DNA of 64,000 nucleotides from Malacoraja senta (taxonomy: Eukaryota): assembly GCA_038087875.1 (NCBI GenBank), contig CM075992.1, forward strand, positions 10,170,001 to 10,234,000. Direction: 5' to 3'. A program made the translations under genes and the position numbers. The notes beneath the pieces were generated by a model. The model searched no databases. It worked only from the letters and a program-made list of their open reading frames with translations, and had not been told where the DNA came from. This document shows, in pieces, positions 46,331 to 59,949 of the stretch; positions within the stretch are counted from its first letter, which is position 1; every line of letters starts with the position of its first letter.

Positions 46331-46880
46331 ATGGGAGGAAGCAGTAGTCGATCGGAGAAATCTGATCCTACTGACAGAGGGCCTGAGGAAAAGAAACAGG
46401 TGGTCCAGGAGGGAAAGATGCAGATAAGAAAGAGCATTGCCAAGGTGATAAAAAAAGACCAGCAGATGTGGTAATAAAAAATAAGGGAGATTACCAATGT
46501 CTGGAAAATATTTGTGGTAATGTAGCTAATCGATCAATTGGAGATTGGCCAGATGGGGGAAATTATAAGCTATCTCTGTCCTCACCTCTAAAAATGAAAT
46601 GGTTTGGCAAGATGGGAGCATAATTAATATTTGAAGTGTTATTCGTGGAAGTGTTATTCGTGATAGTTGGAGTGGTAACTGTAACTTTAAATTTGATTGA
46701 AATAATAAGGAGGTGGATGGTGATGGAGAAAATACACCAGCCTCCAGAGGAGATAGCAGCTGTTAAGCAAAATGAGGGACCTGTGCCTATAATACTAAAG
46801 CAACTGATAGCAATATGTCCCCTCAATATATGTCACGGAGGTAAGGTGGTACAGGCGGCTGTGATCAGATTGTCTAAATC
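46331..46880 (+). mobile_element. Degraded ERV gag 5' region (matrix)
   Basis: MGGSSS myristoylation-type start downstream of LTR/PBS; WPDGG motif in a shifted frame; stops. Confidence 0.6.
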
Positions 46881-46886
46881 AATGAA

Positions 46887-47730
46887 TAGGCTGTGGGCCG
46901 AGGAGCTTTTTTGTGCAAGTTCGTGACCCAACTCACGGAACTACATGACATTTTCACATATTGTGTAAAAATATTTAAATCATACCTGAAACTCGTCAAA
47001 AACAAGACTTGCACATATTTTAATAAATTAGAGAAAAACCTGAAATTTTCGGGTAGCTTTAGTCCAATCAAAGCACATTAACCTCATCTATTGCATCCGC
47101 TGCTCTAGATGTCAGCTGATCTACATCGGTGAGACCAAGCGGAGGCTTGGCGATCGTTTCGCCGAACACCTCCGGTCAGTCCGCAATAACCAACCTGACC
47201 TCCCGGTGGCTCAGCACTTCAACTCCCCCTCCCATTCTGTATCTGACCTCTCTGTCCTGGGTCTCCTCCATGGCCACAGCGAGCAACACCGGAAATTGGA
47301 GGAAATGCACCTCATATTCCGCTTGGGCAGTCTACATCCTGGGGGCATGAACATTGAATTCTCCCAATTTTGCTAGCCCTTGCTGTCTCCTCCCCTTCAT
47401 GAACCCTCTGGTTGTCTCCTCCCATCCCCCAGCCCTCGGGCTCCTCCTCCACCTCTTTTCTTTTTTCCTTTCTTCTCCCCATCCCCTATCAGTCTGAAGA
47501 AGGGTTTCGGCCCGAAACGTTGTCTATTTCCTTCGCTCCATGGATGCTGCTGCACCCGCTGAGTTTCTCCAGCATTTTTGTGTACCAAAGCACATTTAAC
47601 ATTGAGTCGGACGTCAATTGGCCAATCACAAGCTTTGTTTCAGGCTAGCTAGGCAGGGAGCACACATCATGGCTGAGAGTACTTCCACTGATTGAACCAT
47701 TGTCAATCAACTGGAACTGAAAGGTAAGAT
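46887..47730 (+). mobile_element. Left end of the same TIR family as 18420-19583
   Basis: taggctgtgggccgaggagctttt...ttcgtgacccaactcacggaac matches 18420-18660; interrupted by a Penelope insertion; right end not found. Confidence 0.75.
47080..47585 (+). mobile_element. Penelope-like element 3' part with hammerhead motif
   Basis: GIY-YIG coding; ctgaagaagggtttcggcccgaaacgtt at ~47494-47521; TSD caaagcacatt at 47069-47079 and 47586-47596. Confidence 0.9.
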
Positions 47731-47825
47731 ATAAAGTCTGATTTATGAAAATTAATATGTATGGACTTTAATTAATTTATTTGCACCCTTTTATAATTTG
47801 AAAAAATGAGATTTGGAGGCTGTAC

Positions 47826-47946
47826 ATTCACTCATTCATTCACTCATGCATTAACTCATTCATTCACTCATTCATTCTTTCACTCATTCACTCATTCATT
47901 CATTCATTCATTCATTCATTCATTCATTCATTCATTCATTCATTCA
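47826..47946. repeat. (TTCA)n microsatellite
   Basis: Direct inspection. Confidence 0.95.
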
Positions 47947-48347
47947 TGAAGTTGAGGGCCTAAACTATGTGTATCCATAACAAAGTAAAATAAAAAAAAT
48001 CACTAATGCAAGCTTGTTGTAGTCTAATAAGTCTTTAACATCAAAACTCGGAGCTGCCTGCGATAACTTACCGAGGAAAAGTGCTCCGACCGCGGGGCCT
48101 ATGTACTTAACATAGTGAAGCCGTGGTCTCAATTAAGAAGCGGCCGATTCGCGAACGCAGAGCCACGTAGTGTGTTTGGATTATCTCCATGGGGGGGAGG
48201 CTGTACATAGTGTCGTCCATAGCGGCCGTTTCCAGGCCCCGACCACGGGAGAACGATGGAGGAATATTGACTGCACTTTATAGGCTTCCATCGGAGTGAT
48301 AAATGGTCAGAAATGGTTGATGTTTATGTAGAAATGAATTGGTGTAT

Positions 48348-48634
48348 TTGAACTTGAACATGAACTAATTTATCTATGGTAGTAACTTAGTGTTCATCTC
48401 ATTAACATTAAAAATAGGTTGAAATTTTATGAATTGAAGTCCATGCAGACTTAATGACTATGAGATGTTTTTTTCTGTGGCCTCTGCCCCGCCACTTGAA
48501 CTTGAACTAACTTATCTATGGCAGTAACTTACAGTGTAAGTCTCATTGACATTAAGATGAGATTGACATTTTATGAATTGAAGTCCATGCAGACCTAAGT
48601 ACTATGAGATTTTTTTTCTGCAGCTTCTGCCCCA
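48348..48634. repeat. About 145-bp diverged tandem duplication
   Basis: ttgaacttgaac...ttttatgaattgaagtccatgcagac...ctgcccc occurs twice. Confidence 0.85.
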
Positions 48635-50370
48635 ATTTATACAGTCAGCGCTTCGATCGCCTTTTCTTTATAGTGAGTGACCTTTGACAAATCGCATGAT
48701 TGGTTGCGTTTTTCAGAATACCGAACTCGCTTATTGGCTGCATCTTGGCTCAGGTTGTAGAACAACATCTTCAGCGCAGGAGACCCGGGTTCGTTGGTGA
48801 CCTCGAGTGCTGTCTGTGTGGCGGTTGCAAGTTCTACCTGTGACCGCGTGGCTTCCTCCGCGTGCCCCAATGTCCTGTCACTTCCCTGGGATGTGTGGGT
48901 TTACCGATTAACTGGCCTCTGTTAATTGCCCCTAGTGTTTTGGGATTGGATGAAAATGTGGGACAGCATCAACTGATCGATGGACAGCGCGGACTCGATA
49001 GGCTTGTTTCCATGGTGTAATTTAAAAAAAAAATCAGATTGTGACAGATGCCAATCCATCTTTATCAACGACTGATAAGTAAGACAGGACATCTACTTTT
49101 ATCCTGTTAATCTGAAGGGCTAGTATGGATAACTGCACGCCAACGGCTGCAATATCAATGTAGGGATGTTGTTTATGGACTTTGGTAGGACAATATTTAT
49201 CTGGTAAATGTGTGGGATGTTTAGAAGGATGCAACCTGGTTTTCTACACAGGGAAATACTTGCTGGCCTTTTAAAAAAAAGGTTGCTAGGAAAATTGCTT
49301 AGCCTCGATGCAGCAGAAACAGGAACTAAAGGTGACATCTGAAATTGGGAGCATATTTGAGGGGTGCATTTATCACAGGCCTGCTTTACCTCTGTTACTG
49401 AATTAGCACAATGTAGCTGGTGTGTTTTCAACCAATCCTGTCGATGAATACTCTGACAGCAGCGTCAAAATGAACGGATTATTTAGTATGATACATATTA
49501 GAAAGCACAAACTCAGGACTCAGGCTGGGGTGGGAGCGTGAGGAGTGTCGGAACAAGTCATTGATGTCTGGCTGCAGTTGTGTGGTCTGTACGTTAATAT
49601 ATCAGGCAGTTAAAATGTGAACAATTGTCGTTTTTCTTTGAATGGATGTGCTCTCTCGATGTCATGTTTATCTTAGTGGCACTCATATCACAGGTTTTGC
49701 AGACGGACATGAGAGAGTAGAGCACATGGCTCTCAGCCATTTACGTCAAATTATGCTCGGCAGCCTGGACTGAAGTTGTTCACAATGCTCGCTTCTTTCC
49801 TGATAACTAGTTCGAGTAGGTTCATTCAAAAGAGAAGCAAGGAGAAGCGAAGCTGTGATAATGCAACTATTATATTTTATACACACATTATAACGGATGT
49901 GCAAAAGGTGCTTTGCAACATTTTACCATGTCGTAGCAAGTTGCGATGTTGTACAAGCCTTTGTGGCAATACTTCCAACATGCGGTTTCATCCGGTCGCA
50001 CTGTGCGGCAAGACACAAAATAAAAGTTGATTAAACAGTTGGTAAATCATTTTATTTATTGGTGCCACGAGGAACTGAGGAAGCGTCGAATAAAATAGTA
50101 TGTGCAATGCGAAGGACATGACTACTACTGGTGACTCATATCATCTTCATCACCCTACTCCTTGCTCCCGATTAGAACAGAATGAATACAAATTAGTCAT
50201 TGTAGAATGTTTGCATTTCTTAAAGGTCCGAAGGAAAGGACGACTGCATTAGGCAATGTGATGTTGCATTTTGACATATATATATATTAATAGGGAATGA
50301 GCTAACCAAGAGAGGATCGTTCGAAGAAAACATGCCAATTCTAACGGCCAATGTGTAGACATAGAACTGG

Positions 50371-52452
50371 ATACATAGATACATAGAAAATAGGTGCAGG
50401 AGTAGGCCATTTGGCCCTTCGAGCCTGCACCGCCATTCAATATGATCATGGCTGATCATCCAACTCAGTATCCCGTACCTGCCTTCTCTCCATACCCCCT
50501 GATCCCTTTAGCCACAAGGGCCACATCTAACTCCCTCTTAAATATAGCCGATGAACTGGCCTCAACTACCCTCTGTGGCAGAGAGTTCCAGAGATTCACC
50601 ACTCTGTGTGAAAAAGTTTTTCCTCATCTCGGTCTTAAAGGATTTCCCTCTTATCCTTAAGCTGTGACCCCTTGTCCTGGACTTCCCCAACATCGGGAAC
50701 AATCTTCCTGCATCTAGCCTGTCCAACCCCATAAGAATTTTGTACGTTTCCATAAGATCCCCTCTCAATCTCCTAAATTCTAGCGAGTATAAGCCAAGTC
50801 TATCCAGTCTTTCTTCATATGAAAGTCCTGACATCCCAGGAATCAGTCTGGTGAACCTTCTCTGCACTCCCTCTATGGCTATAATGTCCTCCCTCAGATT
50901 TGGAGACCAAAACTGTACGGAATACTCCAGGTGTGGTCTCACCAAGACCCTGTACAACTGCAGTAGCGCCTCCCTGCTCCTATACTCAAATCCTCTTGCT
51001 ATGAAAGCCAACATACCATTCGCTTTCTTCACTGCCTGCTGCAACTGCATGCCTACTTTCAATGACGTGTACCATGACACCCAGGTCTCGCTGCATCTCC
51101 CCATTTCCTAATCGGCCACCATTTAGATAATAGTCTGCCTTCCCGTTTTTGCCACCAAAGTGGATAACCTCACATTTATCCACATTATACTGCATCTGCC
51201 AAACATTTGCCCACTCACCCAGCCTATCCAAGTCACCTTGCAGTCTCCTAGCATCCTCCTCACAGCTAACTGCCCCCCAGCTTAGTGTCATCCGCAAACG
51301 TGGAGATGTTGCTTTCAATTCCCTCATCCAGGTCATTAATATAAATTGTAAATAGCTGGGGTCCCAGCACTGAGCCTTGTGGTACCGCACTAGTCACTGC
51401 CTGCCATTGGTAAAAGGACCCGTTTACTCCTACTCTTTGCTTCCTGTTTGCCAGCCAGTTCTCTATCCACATCAATACTGAACCGCCAATACCGTGTGAT
51501 TTAAGTTTGTATCCTAATCTCTTATGTGGTACCTTGTCGAAAGCCTTCTGAAAGTCCAGATACAACATATCCACTGGTTCTCCCCTATCCACTCTACTAG
51601 TTACAACCTCGAAAAATTCTATAAGATTCGTCAGACACGATTTACCTTTCGTAAATCCATGCTGACTTTGTCCAATGATTTCACCACTTTCCAAATGTGC
51701 TGCTATCCCATCTTTAATAACTGACTCTAGCAGTTTCCACACTACCGATGTTAGACTAACTGGTCTGTAATTCCCCGTTTTCTCTCCCTCCCTTCTTAAA
51801 AAGTGGGGTTACGTTTGCTACCCTCCAATCCTCAGGAACTACTCCAGAATCTAAAGAGTTTTGAAAAATGCATCCACTATTTCTGGAGCTACTTCCTTAA
51901 GTACTCTGGGATGCAGCCTATCTGGCCCTGGTGATTTATCGGCCTTTAATCCATTCAATTTACCCAACACCACTTCCCGACTAACCTGGATTTCACTCAG
52001 TTCCTCCATCTCCTTTGACCCGCGGCCCCCTGCTATTTCCGGCAGATTATTTATGTCTTCCTTAGTGAAGACGGAACCAAAGTAGTTATTCAATTGGTCC
52101 GCCATATCCTTGTTCCCCATGATCAATTCACCTGTTTCTGACTGCAAGGGACCTACATTTGTTTTAACTAATCTCTTTCTCTTCACATACCTATAAAAAC
52201 TTTTGCAGTCAGTTTTTTATGTTCCCTGCCAGTTTTCTTTCATAATCTATTTTCCCTTTCCTAATTAAGCCCTTTGTCCTCCTCTGCTGGTCTCTGAATT
52301 TCTCCCAGTCCTCTGGCATGCTGCTTTTTCTGGCTAATTTGTACGCATCATCTTTTGCTTTGATACTATCCCTGATTTCCCTTGTTATCCACGGATGTAC
52401 TACCTTCCCTGATTTATTCTTTTGCCAAACTGGGATGAACAATTTTTGTAGT
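50371..52452 (-). mobile_element. CR1 LINE ORF2 (RT) to 3' end
   Basis: [54 protein letters not shown]; frameshifts. Confidence 0.95.
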
Positions 52453-53243
52453 TCAAGATGAGGATCAAACATTCAGACCACATCCATCTGTAATGCGTGC
52501 AAACCACTACTGTTATTTTGAATATCACTGGGAGAGCACATCTTCTGCACAGGACAAAAGAAAGTTGCACATATTCAGCAGAATGTCAGTGGACAGAGTG
52601 GGATGATGTGAGAACTTCTGTTTTTGTAAGTACACGAGAAGCGCAGCGTATTGTTTGGAATGGCAGCCACAAAATAAGGCACAGGAGGCAGTAAACAGGA
52701 GAGTCATTACGTGAAGCAATGGAAAATGACCTTAATTTTTCAGCTCAGAGCAGGTTAGAAAAAATGTTTCGATGCATAGTGAGCTCTTAAAACCACGGTT
52801 GGACATAATGATGATAATCTCAGCAAAGAAGGAAATATTTTGAGACAGTTCCAAGATCGTTGACTGGAATGACACATTATCTGCATTAAGAGAGATGGAG
52901 GCGCTCCTTTCCGCTCCAGTCGCTCCTTTGAGATGAAAATATAAAACATTGTGTTTCATAAATTATATGCGCATGTTTAATATATTATTCTAATTCGGCC
53001 AACTCTTCACTTCATTTCGGTTCTGTCCGCGACCTGCTGCTATTGCTTTAGAATGATACAGTAAATCGTTAAGCTTACTGAACGACTTTTGCCCCCGTTT
53101 AAATAACAACACTCTCAGAATCAGCGTTTTTTTTCTAATTTATCATTGATCACCTACGACGGGTGGACACAATTCGCGCCTGGGAGTACTTTTTGATGTC
53201 ATGCTTGGTTCTTGGTGCTCAGCACAAACCTCTTATCACAGCA

Positions 53244-54025
53244 CCTGTCAGCCTGTCCGTTTTTTTCCCTCTTTTTTTAATTTTAGTTTGTCTAAACTGT
53301 TCGTTTTGGGGATTCTTTAGTTTTTCTATGTGGGGGAGTGGGGTAGGGTAAGGGGGGAACCGTATCCCAGTCGCTTCCTGGCGAGGATACGACTATTTCT
53401 CCGAGTCGCGTCCTCGCCCCCCCCCCCCCCCCATCCTCGCGGCCTACCAACTGGATCGGAGCGGCCTTTCCTACCTGAGACTGGGGACCGGACCAGAGCT
53501 TCGGCAGCGGATTCACCGCGGAGCGGGCGATGCCTACCTGGATCGCCGTTTGAAGCTGCGGAGCGTTAGGCCTGCTGCGTCGACATCACGGAGCTGTGGT
53601 TCACGGAGCTCCCAACGCGGGCGGCGCTGACCGACATCGCAGAGTCCTGGGGCCCTTTGCCTAGGACCGCCAGCGTGAATCTCCGCCCGGCGCGGTCTGG
53701 GGACGTCGGGAACCGCGGACTCTGGTAGGAAGCGGCCGTTTTGGAGGTCCAAGCCGCTGAAGTTGGACTCCAGTCCCGACATCGGAGTTCCATCATCCCG
53801 GAGAGCGGGCCTGAGCGGCGGGCTGCCCGTAGCGGCGACTGCGGAGGGCTCCGGAGGCGCCGTCCACATGTGAACATCAGAGGAAGATGACTGCCTTCCC
53901 TCACAGTGGGAAACTTTTGATTCTGCTGCGTGGGGATGTTTTATGTTGAACTCTATCGTGTGCTGTGTTCTTTATTTTATTGTATGGTGATCACATTTCA
54001 CTGTGCCAACTGGCACATCTAATAA
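53244..54025 (+). mobile_element. GC-rich non-autonomous retroelement with Rex1-like tail
   Basis: Same family as 26871-27739 and 37113-37948. Confidence 0.72.
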
Positions 54026-55069
54026 TGCGAGGGGATCTTGTATCTGAGCGTAGACTTTGCTCTCCATATATTGTGAGGCGGGGATGGTGTAATGATGGTG
54101 CACGCGGGTGGGCAGTTGTGGTACATTTATTCCAGGAGGCGCCCGCCGGACTGATTATTCCTCAGTGACTCAGGATCACCGAGCAGATGATTTACCTAGC
54201 TGACATGAACTGGTCATAAATAAATAAGTACGCTTGTACCTCATTCCAAAATTAGCCCATCACACCGACGACAGACGCTGAAAGAGCCCACGTGTTATAC
54301 TCTCAGACACGACTCCTTCCCCAGGGCATTCATGTCCACGTGATTCTTGCAACGTATCCAAGCCCAATGAATTCGATTTACAACACGAATATCGGAACTG
54401 TTCTCAATTCATACAGCATTATATAAAACAACAGATTACTTCCCATTGCATCGTATTTGCAAATGAATTTGGTCCAATGTGTGCATTCTTTATCTGTGCT
54501 TCTCTGATTGTGGTTTGCGAACATTTGTTTCCAAATGTCAGTTATATTGTCAATGTGTTTCTAACAAAATAACATACAGAGAGAGCCACGGAGTGCACAG
54601 AAAGTGCCCGTTTAGCTCACAAGGCCATGATCGCTTTCCATCTGCTATGATCCTATTTACCAGCACTTCCAGTGGTTGTCTCAAGTGTGATGAGCATGTC
54701 TACCACCACCACCCGTCAATGCATTCCAGTTATCAACCTTCCGCGCTCTCGCATCCATCCCCACGTTTATTTAAATCTGTCTTGTTGAATACCTGCCAAA
54801 GTGATAAGTTTTCCATCTTACCGGTGTTCCTGACTTCACCAAAACATTCTTGGCCTCATGGCAATGAATACAAATAAATACAGGCCCTCAGTACCTCCTC
54901 ATAACTGACACGATCAGATGCAGTCGGGCGACATGGAAACTCTCTTCTAATTTCTCTTCAATTTTATTCGGAATTCCTACAGTGTGGCGAATGGGACCGA
55001 ACACTACCCACCAGCTGTGCGGGAAACAATCCTCGATGAAGTTACCTATCTAATGAGCACAAGCTTTCC

Positions 55070-58000
55070 TTGTGGCATGTACAGTTTAATTTGGATAATT
55101 GTGAGGTTATCCACTTTGGTGCCAAAAACAGGAAGGCAGATTATTATCTGAATGGTGTTAAGTTGGGAAAAGGGAAAGTACAACGAGATCTGGGGGTCTT
55201 TGTTCACCGGTCACTGAAAGTAAGCATGCAGGTACAGCAGACAGTGAAGAAAGCTAATGGCATGTTAGCCTTCATAACAAGAGGATTTGAGTTTTGGAGC
55301 AAAGAGATCCTTCTGCAGTTGTACATGGTCCTAGTGAGACCACACCTGGAGTATTGTGTGCAGTTTTGGTCTACAAATTTGAGCAAAGACTTTCTAGATA
55401 TTGAAGGAGTGCAGCGTAGGCTCACGAGGTTAATTCCCGGGATGGCAAACTGTCATATGTTGATAGAATGGAGCGGCTGTAATTTAGAATGATGAGTGTG
55501 GATCTTATTGAAACATATCAGATTATTAAGGCATTGGACAGGCTAGAGACAGGAAGCATTTTATCGTAGTTGGGGGATTCCAGAAGCAGGGGCATAGTTT
55601 ACGAAGAAGGGGCCATTTATAACGGAGATGAGGGAAAACATTTTCACCCATAGAGTTGTGAATTCTCTGCCTCAGAAGGCAGTGACGGCCTATTCTCTGG
55701 ATGCTTTCAAGGGAGAGTTAGATAGAGCTCTTAAAGATAGCAGAGTCACGGCGGCGAGAAGGCAAGAACGGGGTACTGATTGTAAATGATCAGCAATGAT
55801 CATATTGCATGGCAGTGCTGGCTCGAAGGGCCGAATGGCCTACTGCACCTATTGTCTATTGTCTATTGGTGACCAATTTCCAATGTTCTATAGATACTGG
55901 ATTAGTTCCTGTGGATTGGAATGTAGCTAATGTTATCCCACTTTTTAAGAAAGAGTAAGCAGTGAATTATAGACCATTTAGAATGACATCAGTGGTGGAA
56001 AAGATGCTGGAGTCAATTATTAAAGATGTAATATGCATTTGGATAGCAGTAACAGAATCGATCCAAGTCAGAATGGATTTAAGAAGGGGAAATTTTGCTT
56101 GACTAATCTTCTGGAATTTTTTGAGGATGTAACAAGTAAAATGGATAAGGGGGTGGCCAGTGGATGTAGTGTATTTGGACTTTCAGAAAGGCTTTGATAA
56201 GGTCCCACAGAGGAGATTAATGAGAAGTAAATTTCGAGAAGGGATAAGAGTAAGCTCAGGGCCATTAGAGACCGGAGTGAGAGCGGAAGTGAATACCAAA
56301 GTCAAAGTGGTGAATATGAATGCGCAAAGTATCAGAAATAAAGTGGACGAGCTTGAGGCTCAGTTAGAATTTGGCAAGGATGATATTGTGGGAATAACAG
56401 AGACATGGCTGCAAGCGGGCCAGGGCTGGGAACGGAATATTCAAGGGCATACATCCTATCGAAAAGACAGGGAGGTGGGCAGAGGGGGTGCGGTAGCTCT
56501 GTTGGTGTGGAATGAAATTCAGTCCCTTGCAAGGGGTGACATTGAAACAGAAGACATGCGGAGTCATTATGGATAGAACTAAGGAATTGTAAGGGTAAAA
56601 CGACCCTTAAATGGGACTTATCTACAGGCCCCCAAACAGTAGCCTGGATATAGGGTGCAAGTTGTATCGAGATAAAATTGGCATGTTGTAAAGGTATTGC
56701 TACGGTTGTTATTGGAGATGTCAGCATGCAGGTAGTTGGGAAAATCAGGTTGGTATTGGACCCCAAAAAAGGGAGTTTGTGGAGTGCTTCCGTGATGGAT
56801 TCTTGGAGCAGCTTGTACTGGAGCCTACCAGGGAGAAGGCAATTCTGGATTTAGTGTTATGTAATGAAACGGATTTGATAAACAAACCTGAAGGTAAGGA
56901 GCCATTAGGAGATAGGGATCATAATATGATACGTTTAAACTGCAATTTGAGAGGGAGAACGGTAAATTGGAGGTGTCAGTATGGCAGTTGAACAAAGGGG
57001 ACTATGGAGCCATGAGGGAGGAGCTGGCCAAAGTTGACTGGAAATATACCTTAGCAGGGATGACTGGAACAGCAATGGCAGGTATTTCTGGGAATAATAC
57101 GGAAAGTGCAGAATCCAAGAGGAAGAAAGATTCCAAGGAGAGTAAGGGGCGACCAAGGAAAGTCAGGGACAGTATAAAATTAAAAGAGAAGTACAACATA
57201 ACAATGATGAGCGGGAAGTCAGATGATTGGATAACGTTTAAGGTGTAACAGAAAATAACCAAAAAGGAAATAATGGGAGAAAAGATGAGATGCAAAGGTA
57301 AGCTAGCCACGAATATAAAGGAGAATAGTGAAAGCTTATTTAGATTTGTGAAGGAAAAAAATAGTTCAGACTAAAGTTGGGCCCTTCATGACTGAAAAGT
57401 GTGATTTTATTATGGGGGACAAGGAAATGGCACATGAGTTGAACAAGTACTTTGGATCCGTCTTCACTAAGGAGGACACAAACAATCTTTCTGATGTACG
57501 AGTGGCCAGAGGATCTGGGGTGATGTAGGAACTGAAGGAAATCCACATTAGGCAGGAAATGGTGTTGCGTAGACTGATGGAACTGAAGGCTGATAAATCC
57601 CCAGCGCGCGATGGTCTGCATCCCAGGGTAGTTAAGGAAGTGGCTCTAGATGGCATTGGCGATCATGTTCCAATGTTCTATAGATTCAGGATCGGTTCCT
57701 GTGGATTAGAGGGTAGCTAATGCTATTCCACTTTTTAAGAAAGACGGGAGAGAGAAAACAGGGTATTATCGAACAGTTAGCCTGACATCCGTGGTGGGGA
57801 AGATGCTGGACTCAATCATAAAAGATGAAATAGCGGCACATTTGGATAGCAGTAACAGGATCGGTCCAAGTCGGCATGAGATTACGAAGGGGAAATAATG
57901 CTTGACTAATTTGGAGTACCGCAAGGCTCGGTACTGCGACCGCAGCTATTACGATATATATTAATGATTTAGATTAAGGGATGACGTGCAACATCAGCAA

Positions 58001-58990
58001 ATTTGCAGATGACACAAAGCTGCGTGGCAGTTTGAACTGTGAGGAGGATACTATGAGAATGCAGGGTGAATTGGACAGGTTAGGTGAGTGGGCAGATGCA
58101 TGGCAGATGCAGTTTAATGTGGATAAATGTGAGGTTATCCACTTTGGTAGCAAAAGCAAGAAGGAAGATTGTTATCTAATTGGTGTCAAGTTGAGAAAAG
58201 GGGAAGCACTACGGGATCTGGCGGTCCTTGTTCATCAGTCAATGAAAGTAAGCATGCAGTTACAGCAGGCAGTGAAGAAAGCGATTGACATGTTGGCTTT
58301 CATAACAAGAGGAGTTGAGTATCGGAACAAAGAGGTCCTTCTGCCGTTGTACAGTGCCCTAGTGAGATCACACCTGGTGTATTGTGTGCAGTTTTGGTCT
58401 CCAAATTTGACGTAGGACATTCTTGCTATCGAGGGGATGCAGCGTAGGTTCACAATGTTAATTCCCGGGATGGCGAAACTGTCATATGCTGAGAGAATGG
58501 AGCGCCTGGGGGCTTGTATACTCTGGAAATTAGGATGACGAGAGGGGATCTTATTGAAACATATAAGATTATTAAGAGTTTGGACACACTAGAGGCAGGA
58601 AATATGTTCCCGATGTTGGAGGAGTCCAGAACCAGGGGCCACAGTTTAAGATTAAGGGGTAAGCCATTTAGAACGATGAATAAACAATTTTTAATATAGA
58701 GAGTTGTGAGTTTGTGGAATTCTGTGCCTCAGAGGGCGGAGGAGGCCGGTTCTCTGGATTCTTTCAAGAGAGTGCTAGGTAGGGCTCTTAACGATAGCGG
58801 AGTTAGGGGATATGGGGAGACGGCAGGAACGGGGTACCGATTGGGGATGAACAGCCAATGTCACATGAATGGCGGTGCTGGCTCGAAGGGCCGAATGACC
58901 TACTCCTGCACCTATGTCTATTGTCTATGGTCTATTAGTGGACAAAATTAGAGCACATGGTATTTGGGGTAGTCCATTTACATGGATAGA
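55070..58990 (+). mobile_element. Nested CR1 LINE fragments (RT 3' part 55070-55870; RT piece 55875-56225; EN-RT 56260-58935)
   Basis: NAQSIRNK, ITETW, ILDLVLCN, FADDTKL, RPHLEYCVQFWS motifs with stops and frameshifts. Confidence 0.92.
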
Positions 58991-59479
58991 AAATTGGTTG
59001 GCAAACACGAATCTAAAAGTCGGAATTAACGGGTCGGTCGTAAGTGCACGTTAGCGAAAGTAAAATTTCTCGGAATTTATGTTGATGTGGTATTGTTACT
59101 GAAGGGTGAAAACTGAATTGGCGCATGGGTATATGCTTTGGGTAGATTTAAACGAGATTAGTGCACTGAAGATATTCCATAAACTGTACCGAATGTTCTG
59201 CGATTCAGTTTATATAAGTCGTGATCTTCCTGTCGCTCGACGTGGCAGCCAAGTGGTAATGTCTCTGAATGCGTAATATTACTCGATAACTGTTAGCTCC
59301 GACTGTCGGCAAGTTCATCTTCAAAATACATCAATTACAGATTTTATTAGAGATGTCCCAAAGAGGAGAGAAGAGTTGCTTACTGTGTGGATATATGTCA
59401 GTGTGCAGAGGTGAAACACTACTGCGCCTACTCCAAAGGCAATGTTACGACCCGTGACATTGATTACACCCGGCACATA

Positions 59480-59880
59480 CAAGAACGCGACCAATTACTC
59501 CGTTGAGAGGGGATCTCGCTCAACCTGCACATCCACCACCCTCAGATAGAAAAGTCAACTTGTCCTGACCTTTCAGTCTTGCAGCTGCCGTCTCCAACAT
59601 ATCGTTCTCCGACATTTCCGGCGCTCGAACGTGATCACACCATCACTCACATCTGTCCACATATGCAGGCACCTTTTACGCTGCAGCTCATTGGTTCACA
59701 GTCCCCTTCCTCCGAAACTACTGCTTCCCAGTTACTTTCCCTTCAAACGCAGGAGATGTCGCAGCTGCTCCGGCACCTCCTCCCTTATCTCCATCGAGCG
59801 ACCTGCTCTGCGTGACTGATGATCACATGCTCCTCCGCGAACCTCCTCTACTTCATTTGGTCCTCCCAATGTGGCCAACT
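59480..59880 (+). mobile_element. Old degraded Penelope-like fragment; another at ~61930-62420
   Basis: Similarity to 42950-43490 (reverse complement). Confidence 0.55.
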
Positions 59881-59949
59881 TTACTTCAACCAGACAAAAC
59901 GTAAGCAAGGGGATGGATTCGACGAACCGTCGCGCACTATTCTCCAAGG

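Noticed and set aside
52455..52545. FN2-like fragment (CALPVIFK) on the minus strand
   Set aside because: Only a few residues match and the remaining FN2 cysteines/tryptophans cannot be recovered.
59236..59280. tRNA-Thr(CGT)-like 5' half (ccaagtggtaa...cgtaa)
   Set aside because: No B box, T-arm or acceptor stem; at most a decayed fragment.
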